Origin: Thermofilum adornatum
GTDB taxonomy: Archaea > Thermoproteota > Thermoprotei > Thermofilales > Thermofilaceae
Direction of reading: 5' to 3'
DNA: 32,000 nt
NCBI RefSeq assembly: GCF_000446015.1
Contig: NC_022093.1
Coordinates: forward strand, 660,001 to 692,000
The translations under genes and the position numbers were made by a program. Each line of letters begins with the position of its first letter. Within the stretch, counting starts at the first letter, position 1. Shown piece after piece: positions 17,723 to 24,718 of the stretch. The notes below the pieces were generated by a model, which saw only the letters and a list, made by a program, of their open reading frames with translations, did not search any database and was not told the origin of the DNA.

Positions 17723-18894
17723 TACTAGCAGAACTATACAGTAGAACACAGCTAGCGCAAAGCCAGCTAGGCAACCTGTTCAGCGGGCAGAAAAAATACT
17801 TCTACAAGACATCAGAAGCCATAGTTGACATATTCGACCTCCCACTAGACAAGGCAGACACATTGCGAGACTTTGCTGAGAAAGCCGTCAACCTGCTGGA
17901 CAAGGCATACCCACAAGCAGAGGCAAAGCTACAGAAACTATTGAAAGCCCTAGAAAGCAACAACGTCAAAGTCGAGCTAGGACCATGTGCTAAGAAGACG
18001 CTTCACGTCACGCCAGAAGGGGAAAAATGGTATGTCAGTGCTCATATGGTAGAGGATAAGAGATGGCTAATAAGCCTACCAATCTACAGGGTAAGCGCCG
18101 ACGCCGAGTTCCCAGACATACTCAACGTATCCGACCAAGACCTCTACTACCTACAGGCAGGATGGCGGGCAAGCGACGAATCCTATGAAGGAGACAAACC
18201 TAAGATGGGGACAACACAGCAATGGCAAGTATTCGCGTGGACAGCAGTGAGATACGGCTACTTAAGGGTTTATTTAAAAAACCTGAACTTTAACAAGAGT
18301 GGACCGACAATTCATTGGGTGTTAACTGCAAAGAGCTGGAACCAGCAGTGGCCCACGCGTGAAGGAAAGAAACAGGCACAGCAAGTAGCAAAACGGCATC
18401 CACTAGGCTTGCTGGCTTGGTACCTCGGCGACGGTAGGAGACACAAACACGACCTCTTATATGCAGTTGGAGACGACGAGGAATATAAGCCTAAAAACCT
18501 TATCCCAGAAATACTCCAAGCTGCGTACTATACAGGCTACGGAAAACTGCTAGACCTCCTAGAAAGCGAAAAATGGATAACACTGAAAAAGATTAAACCT
18601 AGAAAGCAACCAATATACGCAACACTCCTAGGACACACTTTCTGGCTTGTATATTTTTACAAAGAATTGAGTGCAAGAACACTATTCAAAGACCTCGGCG
18701 AAGCAGAAAAGCTGACAAAAGTCCTGGCAGACGTAGGCCTACAGGCAAAAGTGCGCACGTGGCAGTATCAGGGACGTGGTCCGTACTATTTTGTCGAATT
18801 AGATCAAACATCCGTCCTAAGACTAGCCGAAAACAATCAAGAATGGCGCTATGCACTCAATCAGATAGCACAAAAATACAGAAAACAGCTCTAA
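17674..18894 (+). CDS. Hypothetical 406-aa protein with two degenerate LAGLIDADG-like motifs (possible homing-endonuclease-like fold)
   Basis: This long ORF has host-like composition and no competing frame. The motifs are YLQAGWRASDE (aa 159-169, nt 18148-18180) and LLAWYLGDG (aa 246-254, nt 18409-18435). Each is followed by beta-strand-like segments, and the two acidic residues are 85 aa apart. I recognise no other family. Confidence 0.6.
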   Translation: MDMATGPEGRRTGPTDLLAELYSRTQLAQSQLGNLFSGQKKYFYKTSEAIVDIFDLPLDKADTLRDFAEKAVNLLDKAYPQAEAKLQKLLKALESNNVKVELGPCAKKTLHVTPEGEKWYVSAHMVEDKRWLISLPIYRVSADAEFPDILNVSDQDLYYLQAGWRASDESYEGDKPKMGTTQQWQVFAWTAVRYGYLRVYLKNLNFNKSGPTIHWVLTAKSWNQQWPTREGKKQAQQVAKRHPLGLLAWYLGDGRRHKHDLLYAVGDDEEYKPKNLIPEILQAAYYTGYGKLLDLLESEKWITLKKIKPRKQPIYATLLGHTFWLVYFYKELSARTLFKDLGEAEKLTKVLADVGLQAKVRTWQYQGRGPYYFVELDQTSVLRLAENNQEWRYALNQIAQKYRKQL

Positions 18895-18975
18895 AGGCTA
18901 CCTAGGCTCGCGGAAAACCCACCCCTCTACACGAAAAATTTAATATCCCTCAAAACTTTCTTATTTTTGATTATA

Positions 18976-19052
18976 GGCCTCGGTGGTGTAGCCTTTGGAA
19001 GCACGCCGGCCTGTGGAGCCGGTGGTCCCGGGTTCGAATCCCGGCCGAGGCC
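18976..19052 (+). tRNA. tRNA-His (anticodon GTG) with genome-encoded G-1 and discriminator C73; no CCA encoded
   Basis: Manual cloverleaf: acceptor GCCTCGG/CCGAGGC preceded by an extra G; D-stem GTGT/GCAC; anticodon arm CCGGC-CTGTGGA-GCCGG; T-arm CCGGG-TTCGAAT-CCCGG. A TATA-like box lies at 18938-18950. Confidence 0.9.
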
Positions 19053-19182
19053 CTTCTGCTTCTATATTAAATGTCCTTGGGAATCAATCATCTAATCTAG
19101 CTATTTTTCTGATTGTTTTCATTTCTGGAGTTGTAGCGCCTATTTTATTGTTGGAACTCTCTTGCGTGTATGAGAGGTAGAA

Positions 19183-19286
19183 TGGCGCCGGGGCCGGGAT
19201 TTGAACCCGGGCACCCTTTTGGGGTAGTGGATCTCGAGTGTGGCTTTTGGGGTGTCCACCGCCTTGGTCCGCTCGGCCACCCCGGC
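19183..19286 (-). tRNA. tRNA-Ser (anticodon CGA), class II with a long variable arm, a 16-nt intron (19238-19253) in the anticodon-loop region, and encoded CCA
   Basis: The reverse complement reads GCCGGGG-TG-GCCGAGCGGACCAAGGC-G-GTGGAC[ACCCCAAAAGCCACAC]TCGAGATCCAC-TACCCCAAAAGGGTG-CCCGGGTTCAAATCCCGG-CCCCGGC-G-CCA. After removal of the 16 nt the anticodon arm is GTGGA-CTCGAGA-TCCAC. G73 and the long variable arm fit Ser. Confidence 0.85.
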
Positions 19287-19362
19287 TAAGAAATAATGGT
19301 TGCAAGTAGATATTAATTTTACTGGGGCGTAACGTAAAAATACTTGTTTCTCGGCATTTGTT

Positions 19363-19420
19363 CCTGGGATGATGACTCTTAGTGGTGCGAGTTGTGAGCG
19401 TGTGAGCAGCCACTGACTGC
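19363..19420 (+). ncRNA. Candidate C/D-box sRNA
   Basis: C box ATGATGA (19368-19374), exactly 12 nt, degenerate D' CGAG (19387-19390), 2-nt loop, degenerate C' GTGAGCG (19393-19399), exactly 12 nt, D box CTGA (19412-19415). An A/T-rich box GTAAAAATAC lies at 19333-19342. Confidence 0.45.
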
Positions 19421-19468
19421 TGTAGATTTATTTATATGTGTGTGATGGATTGTTTGCGTGGTTGTGAT

Positions 19469-19636
19469 ATGTCGAAGTGGAGGCTGAGGTGTGAGAAGTG
19501 CTCGTCTGAAAGGGTACTGGACCTTGGTTTTAATCTTTATGAGTTTAAGAAGGTTTATCTGTATTGTCCAAGGTGCCAGGAGAATACTCCCCATGTTGTT
19601 CTAGGCGTGGAGGCTCCCGAGGCTGTGCAGGCCTAG
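19469..19636 (+). CDS. Small zinc-ribbon protein (55 aa), function unknown
   Basis: MSKWRLRCEKCSSERVL...YLYCPRCQENTPHVVLG has two CxxC pairs. The TATA-like box TTTATTTATAT at 19427-19437 ends 32 nt upstream of the ATG at 19469. Confidence 0.5.
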   Translation: MSKWRLRCEKCSSERVLDLGFNLYEFKKVYLYCPRCQENTPHVVLGVEAPEAVQA

Positions 19637-19646
19637 TGTAGGCCCC

Positions 19647-22037
19647 TTACCTTTTTAGTTTTACGAGTGTGACTCCTTCGAGTTTTTCGGCTATGTCTTC
19701 TGCTTGGGTAGTTATGATTGCTTGTCTGAGTCCTAGGCTGGGGAGAATGTTTTTCAGGAAGGATATCTTGATCTGTGTGTCTACGTTGGGTAGTGGCTCG
19801 TCTAGTATGACGAAGCCGACTTTCTTGTTTGTGAGCATGCTTATTCCGAGTGCCAGAGCCAGGAAAATTATTGTTTTTTGTCCGTCGCTCATACGGGAGG
19901 TGAACGGGAGCCAGTTTCCAGAGGTTTTTGCCTCTATAACGTAGGTGCTGTACTTTTTCTGGGGTTGCCTGTCCTCTGCTTTTGGGGGCGTCCTGATGCG
20001 TACTCTAACTTCTTCTATGTCAGTGTATGGATACATGGTTTTCACAAGCTTGTTCATTGTGTTGTTGAGTTCATGGATCTTGTTTTTTCTGAGCTCCGAG
20101 TGGACGTTTATTAGGATACCCTTTATCCTTGAGATGTTTTGTGCCATGCGGGCTATGCGTTCACGTTCTAGTCTGAGTTCTTCCAATTTATCCATTGTTC
20201 TTTTTATTTCCTCTGACTTCTCTTCGAGAAAACTTAGCCTTTGCGTTTTCTCATTTATCCGGCTATCCAGTTCCCTGATTTTTTCCTCGAGCTCTCTGTA
20301 TTTTTCCCAGTATGGTTTGAGCTCGGATAAATTGGCTTGAAGCTTGGATAAATTTGACTTTATCTCGTATGCCTGGTTTACGAGGGGTATCTTTGCATAT
20401 TCTTTTCGAAGCCTTGAAAGCTCGTTCCTGGCCTGTTTAAGCTCTACCTCTATATCTTCGAGAGCTGCCTTAGCCTTCTGGAACTCCATGTTCTCTGTCT
20501 CCAGCTCTTCCTCGATTTGCTGTTTCTGGTCTAACATTTCATGATAGGTGTCATATCTGTCCTGTAGAGAAATAATAACCAAGTTGTATGTCCTGAGGTC
20601 CTCGAGGGCGGATTTAAGTTCTTTTATTCTTTCTTCCAGCTGTCTTATTTTTTCCTCTATGTCCCGCATCTTCTTTGAGCCTTGGGACACGTCTAGCTTG
20701 GCCTTTTCAAGGAACTCCGACGTTACCTTGGAGCCGCATACTGGACAGTCTGCCTCGCCGTTCTTTGCAACCTTCTCGGCAACGTGTCTCTTCAAGACAA
20801 GTGCATAGCGTTCCATCTGGCTTGCCCTCTGAAGTTCATCGAGTTCCCTAGAAAGCTCCTGTATTTTCTGGTGAAGCTCCTTTTCGTCTCCATACTTGTT
20901 TTTTAGCTCTTCAACTATTCTTTCGGCTTTCTCGTAGTTATCCACGTCCCTCTCAAAGTTGACAAGGTTTTCCTCTATGGCTCTAAGCCTGCCATGGAGC
21001 TCCTTAAGGTGGGCCTCTTGCTCCTTTAGTGCTTCATATTTCTCGTAGTATATGTTTGTAAGCTCCGAATAAGCGGCCTCGAGTTCTCCAAAAACATTTT
21101 CCAGGTTTTTGCCTCCTATCTCTATGTTCTCTATTTTTTTTCTCGTGGAATCGGGTACCTGGAGCTTTTCAGCTGTACTTAGTAATTTTTCCTGAACCTG
21201 TATTAGAGCCTCTGTTATTTCTTCCATGCTTAGAACTCCTTTCTTTAGCTGTTCTTCTAGAACCTTTAAAGCCCCTTCTCCACCCTTAATCTGTTGTTCT
21301 ATTTGTTGATACTTCTCTGCGTAGGGTTCGAGCTTCTTTTTCTCGTTTTCAAGCTTTTCCTTTTCTGCCTTAAGACCCTCGAGCTCCTTCTTTACAACTG
21401 TATACTCTTCTTGGCCACTTGTCTCGTAGGTCTCTCCGCCGAATAGTTCCCGAATGCTCTCTATCTGTGAATCTATCTCGTTGAGCTTGTTTTCGAAGAG
21501 TTTTATTGAGAGGGAACTTGCAAGCTCCTTGACAGACTCTATCCCCAGCAATCGATCTATGACATTGCTCCTAGCTGACGGGCCACCATAGGCGAGCAGG
21601 AAAAGCGAGACATAGCTCACAGCGACGCTCCTAGAGAACTCGAAGAAGTCTAGTCCGGTGAGTTCCTCGACAAGACCCTTTATCGCTTCGGCTCCCTGGA
21701 TTGTTTCACCGCTTGGCAACACAAGTGTGGCTTTTTCTTTTCCACTCTTCGTTATTATACGTTCAAACTTATAGAGACCTTCCCCTTCAGCCTCGACCAG
21801 CAGTGAAACCCTTGCCGTTTCCGATGAATCATTTACTAGATCCCGCCTGGTGTAAAGCTTCTTGTCGATGTTGGCGTCTGTCCCGTAGAGGGCATACTCG
21901 ATGGCGGAGATGATGCTACTCTTTCCGGATCCGACTGGTCCAGAGATAACCGTTAAGCCTTCATTTATCTTGATCTTGAAGGGATCCCTAAAGACTCTGA
22001 ATCCTTCAACTTCAAGCTCCCTCAAGAGAAGCGTCAT
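19647..22037 (-). CDS. SMC/Rad50-like coiled-coil ATPase with a central CxxC hook (arcadin-4-like by context)
   Basis: Residue numbers follow the 803-aa track ORF. The N-terminus is LRELEVEGFRVF...ISGPVGSGKSSII (Walker A). About 500 aa of heptad-rich E/K/L sequence follow. CPVC lies at aa 438-441 (nt 20736-20747). The C-terminal signature is MSDGQKTIIFLALAL and Walker B is FVILDEP. The start at 22037 (MTLLLRELEV) is preferred over 22058. No mre11, herA or nurA is adjacent. Confidence 0.85.
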   Translation of the reverse strand: MTLLLRELEVEGFRVFRDPFKIKINEGLTVISGPVGSGKSSIISAIEYALYGTDANIDKKLYTRRDLVNDSSETARVSLLVEAEGEGLYKFERIITKSGKEKATLVLPSGETIQGAEAIKGLVEELTGLDFFEFSRSVAVSYVSLFLLAYGGPSARSNVIDRLLGIESVKELASSLSIKLFENKLNEIDSQIESIRELFGGETYETSGQEEYTVVKKELEGLKAEKEKLENEKKKLEPYAEKYQQIEQQIKGGEGALKVLEEQLKKGVLSMEEITEALIQVQEKLLSTAEKLQVPDSTRKKIENIEIGGKNLENVFGELEAAYSELTNIYYEKYEALKEQEAHLKELHGRLRAIEENLVNFERDVDNYEKAERIVEELKNKYGDEKELHQKIQELSRELDELQRASQMERYALVLKRHVAEKVAKNGEADCPVCGSKVTSEFLEKAKLDVSQGSKKMRDIEEKIRQLEERIKELKSALEDLRTYNLVIISLQDRYDTYHEMLDQKQQIEEELETENMEFQKAKAALEDIEVELKQARNELSRLRKEYAKIPLVNQAYEIKSNLSKLQANLSELKPYWEKYRELEEKIRELDSRINEKTQRLSFLEEKSEEIKRTMDKLEELRLERERIARMAQNISRIKGILINVHSELRKNKIHELNNTMNKLVKTMYPYTDIEEVRVRIRTPPKAEDRQPQKKYSTYVIEAKTSGNWLPFTSRMSDGQKTIIFLALALGISMLTNKKVGFVILDEPLPNVDTQIKISFLKNILPSLGLRQAIITTQAEDIAEKLEGVTLVKLKR

Positions 22038-22221
22038 ACTGTTCCACCAGGGATTCAAGCAGCTCTTTTACACCTTTTCTACCCCTCGACTTATATTCCT
22101 CAAGTATCTTCAGGGCTAGGTCCCTTGCTTCGGGATCCCCGCTCAGCTCTTTCTCGAAAATCTCCCGCAACATGTTTTCTATGCTTTTCCCAATGTGTTT
22201 CTCTTCAGACGTAGCGCTCAC
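22012..22221 (-). CDS. Small (69 aa) predicted helical acidic protein in the crenactin cluster
   Basis: Its GTG start overlaps the stop of the upstream 211-aa gene (GTGA). Its 3' end overlaps the SMC-like gene start by about 26 nt. Coupled operon geometry supports it, but I recognise no family. Confidence 0.4.
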   Translation of the reverse strand: MSATSEEKHIGKSIENMLREIFEKELSGDPEARDLALKILEEYKSRGRKGVKELLESLVEQYDASLEGA

Positions 22222-22853
22222 CTCTTCCTCTCCCTGGAGAGAATCCTAAGCCAAGGATTATCCTGTATAAAGCTTGGAAGACCAGACAAATCTTCTGTCT
22301 TCGGGGACTCGGGGACCTCCTCTTCTACTCTTTTCGCCTCTATGCTGTATGTTTCCTCCTCTACGTGTGGAGCCTCTACAGTCCTTTTCTCGACCCGCCG
22401 CTCCTCGGGAACCTTTACTGGACGTGCAGGTAACTCCTCCCTAACGGGACCTTCCCGTGCTTCCACGGGTTGCTTCGGGCCACGCCTGGGCGCAGAAAAA
22501 ATCTCTAGAACGCCTTCCTCGCTAACCACTAGGAGGCCAGCCTGATAAACCTCTTTAAAATGGTTCTTCAGCTCTCTTAGACCCGTAAGCTTAAGCCACG
22601 CCCTGCGGTCAATCACTATATAGACCCTGTCGTAGGGTGCCTTGTAACAGACACGGCCAGCCGCAAGTATCTTGTCTTCGACCTTGCCGGCTCCCTCTAC
22701 AACAATAAAGCCATACCTTAGGCCAGACGAGTCCTCGGCGACGAGGTCAAAGTCGCCGGCCGGCTCCTCCACTATCTTTAATCCTTGCTCTTCAACAAGA
22801 TAGCCTGATAGCAGACCTAGTATTTTCCGCTTTTGGAGCCCTCCACTATACAT
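22218..22853 (-). CDS. Arcadin-2-like protein: N-terminal globular domain, P/E/R/V-rich linker and a conserved-looking C-terminal peptide
   Basis: It lies immediately downstream of crenactin and has its own TATA box (read on the - strand, 22881-22889) 28 nt upstream of the ATG. Architecture: aa 1-120 globular, aa 121-186 low-complexity (PRRGPKQPVEAREGPVREELPARPVKVPEERRVEK...), aa 187-211 EDLSGLPSFIQDNPWLRILSRERKR. Confidence 0.6.
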   Translation of the reverse strand: MYSGGLQKRKILGLLSGYLVEEQGLKIVEEPAGDFDLVAEDSSGLRYGFIVVEGAGKVEDKILAAGRVCYKAPYDRVYIVIDRRAWLKLTGLRELKNHFKEVYQAGLLVVSEEGVLEIFSAPRRGPKQPVEAREGPVREELPARPVKVPEERRVEKRTVEAPHVEEETYSIEAKRVEEEVPESPKTEDLSGLPSFIQDNPWLRILSRERKR

Positions 22854-22880
22854 TTTTCCTAAAAAAGAGACACATAACTA

Positions 22881-22889
22881 ATATATAAA
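22881..22889 (-). promoter_or_regulatory. TATA box for the arcadin-2-like/69-aa/SMC-like operon
   Basis: The - strand reads gTTTATATATta and ends 28 nt upstream of the ATG at 22853. Confidence 0.45.
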
Positions 22890-22909
22890 CACACAACAGG
22901 TGCCGCGTC

Positions 22910-24184
22910 CTAGTAGTGAACCCCTCTCTTGTACCATCCCTCACGGGTCTTCCAGTTCCATTCTACCTCGTCTGGAACAGCTATACCGTACACAATGGTC
23001 CCTTTCCACACCGAGTAAAGCGGGTCTGACACAAGCCTAACATTGCTCTCAATGCCCAGCTTCTTCAACTCATAGGCAACCTTCTGGGCGCTATCGACAG
23101 CCACATCCTCAAGCCCCTTCGGAACCCTCCAGGCAAAGTTGCCACCGCTGAGAATAATGTCCCTGTAAAGCTCGGGCTGTAGCTCTATGCTTGTCCTAGA
23201 CACAGAGTGCACAATGGCCTGCGATAGCGGCATTGTTCCCCTTATCCTCTCGCCTCCAATAACAGTGTCACGGGGCCTGGGCATTCCACGCTTATAGTAG
23301 CTCTCAAACATCTCGTGCTCCGGATTGAAGATAGCCTCCCCTATGAGGAACCTCGCCCAGCCCATGTTCCCGAGATCCACCTGTATAGTGGTCCCCGGAA
23401 CACTGAAGACAGTTCTAAACCTTTCGGGCTCTTTCCTGGCCTTCTCCACTGCCTGGCTGAGATCCCTGGGGATTAGGCCCACAGCCTCTTTAAACTGTCT
23501 CACAAATTTTTCCTCGTGAGCCCTATCCTCGTAGCCAAGATCCCTAAGTATCTCGGCGGCAATTGCGTCCGCTTCGGCTCCTCCCCTGTTAAGCGCGACG
23601 ATTGCATTCCTTATGGGATACATCGAGATAGGCGTTATCTGTGTGTTCCCATGTCCAGACTCTATAACAACACATGTGACAGTTTTCTCTGCAATGGCTA
23701 CCGCAAGAGGCTGGGGAATAATTGTGACTGCCTTGACCAGCTTTTCCTCGGCGTCGATCTTTGCATGAATATCGAATATCCTCTCATACATGTAGTCTGG
23801 GGCAATTGCTGACAAGGCCGCCGTCACATAGAAGCCCTCAAAGTCCTTGCTCTTTGGACGAGTAGCCTCGAAGCCATACCTCGTAATCTCTAGAAGGACC
23901 CTCCAAGCTCTCTCGTCGTCCTTGTCAACTATACCGTCACGCATGGGATAAACCAGGTAACGTCCAACATCATCGATGCTACCCAGGTACCTAGAGAGCT
24001 CTGGACCAACAACAACATCCTTCCTCACGCCGAAGATATCCAGCAGGAGCTTCGACTCGCCGATAAGAAACAAGCCCCTGTTATCTATGACTAGAGGCTT
24101 CTCGGCTATGGGACCAAACTTGAACTGGCTTGTCCCGTAGTCCTCTCCATACACGTACTTCTTCTTGTACTCGCTTATCGACAA
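22910..24184 (-). CDS. cren-1: Crenactin (archaeal actin homologue)
   Basis: The actin-fold motifs are YGEDYGTSQFKFGP (phosphate 1), VVIESGHGNTQITPI (phosphate 2) and IILSGGNFAWRVPKGLEDVA (adenosine). Strings I remember from Pyrobaculum crenactin are also present: ALSAIAPDYMYERIFDI, TIIPQPLAVAIAEK, ALNRGGAEA, LVSDPLYSVWKGTIVYG and TREGWY. Confidence 0.9.
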   Translation of the reverse strand: MSISEYKKKYVYGEDYGTSQFKFGPIAEKPLVIDNRGLFLIGESKLLLDIFGVRKDVVVGPELSRYLGSIDDVGRYLVYPMRDGIVDKDDERAWRVLLEITRYGFEATRPKSKDFEGFYVTAALSAIAPDYMYERIFDIHAKIDAEEKLVKAVTIIPQPLAVAIAEKTVTCVVIESGHGNTQITPISMYPIRNAIVALNRGGAEADAIAAEILRDLGYEDRAHEEKFVRQFKEAVGLIPRDLSQAVEKARKEPERFRTVFSVPGTTIQVDLGNMGWARFLIGEAIFNPEHEMFESYYKRGMPRPRDTVIGGERIRGTMPLSQAIVHSVSRTSIELQPELYRDIILSGGNFAWRVPKGLEDVAVDSAQKVAYELKKLGIESNVRLVSDPLYSVWKGTIVYGIAVPDEVEWNWKTREGWYKRGVHY

Positions 24185-24215
24185 GACCTACACCCACAAA
24201 ACAAGACCAATCAAC

Positions 24216-24224
24216 ATAAATAAA
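24216..24224 (-). promoter_or_regulatory. TATA box for crenactin
   Basis: The - strand reads gtgTTTATTTATg and ends about 32 nt upstream of the ATG at 24184. Confidence 0.45.
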
Positions 24225-24295
24225 CACTATGCTTTTAACGGCGCCAACGAGAAGAGTCGAAAACCTTTTAGATACTGAATATCCCTACACAACAC

Positions 24296-24694
24296 ATGCC
24301 AAGAAAAATAGAGATAACGATTGAGAAGTTCGGGAAACAGCTAGCAGTACTCGAACTAAAAGAGGCACAGATACCCCTTTCCTTTAGCAATCTATCCCAA
24401 CTAACCAGGCTCGTAACCGTGGTAAAAAAGGCCGGACCACTCCTCCTCATAAACATCCAGTTACCAATGAGCCCCGAGGGCTCAATTGCCTCGGGCTACA
24501 AGACAGGCGAAGTACTCACGGTTCCCTCTTCTAAGTCACTGGCAATAGTCACACAGGACAAGGACTCGTTACCCCTAGAGGTATACAAGGCTGGGACAGT
24601 AAAGGACGGGCTGGAAAACCTCCTAAAACTGGAAGACGGATCCATAGTCACGCTCAAGGCCAGAATCATAGCCGAAGAAGAGCAAACTGTTTAA
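24296..24694 (+). CDS. Hypothetical protein (132 aa), divergent from crenactin
   Basis: It is a clean ORF with host-like composition. A TATA-like CCTTTTAGATAC lies at 24263-24274. I recognise no family. Confidence 0.5.
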   Translation: MPRKIEITIEKFGKQLAVLELKEAQIPLSFSNLSQLTRLVTVVKKAGPLLLINIQLPMSPEGSIASGYKTGEVLTVPSSKSLAIVTQDKDSLPLEVYKAGTVKDGLENLLKLEDGSIVTLKARIIAEEEQTV

Positions 24695-24718
24695 AAGCCA
24701 AGCCGCACACTATAGACC

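Noticed and set aside
16990-17774. Two ORFs of 160 and 165 aa on the - strand, plus a 66-aa + ORF, inside the GC-rich block
   Set aside because: The translations are Arg/Pro/Gly/Cys-rich nonsense, typical of random frames in GC-rich structured RNA. They overlap each other in different frames, and no promoter geometry supports them.
17107-18975. Group II (or group I) intron carrying a LAGLIDADG ORF
   Set aside because: A GTGTG pentamer at 17107-17111 and the LAGLIDADG-like ORF prompted the idea. However, no domain V-like 34-nt hairpin or domain VI follows the ORF; 18895-18975 is mostly A+T-rich and contains the tRNA-His promoter. There are also no identifiable flanking exons of a host gene.
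16740-19290. Integrated mobile element targeting tRNA-His or tRNA-Ser
   Set aside because: No integrase or transposase ORF is present. I could not find a direct repeat of either tRNA's 3' or 5' half in 16740-17100 or 19053-19183. Both tRNA genes appear intact.
19669-20808. Several 66-131-aa ORFs on the + strand antisense to the SMC-like gene
   Set aside because: They are Ser/Leu/Phe-rich translations, which is the mirror image of the E/K/L-rich coiled-coil codons. These are shadow ORFs.
19647-22058. Calling the 803-aa protein the DNA-repair Rad50
   Set aside because: No mre11, herA or nurA genes are adjacent. The gene is translationally coupled to crenactin-cluster genes and has a non-canonical H-loop. 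I therefore treat it as an SMC/Rad50-like paralogue (arcadin-4-like) rather than the repair enzyme.
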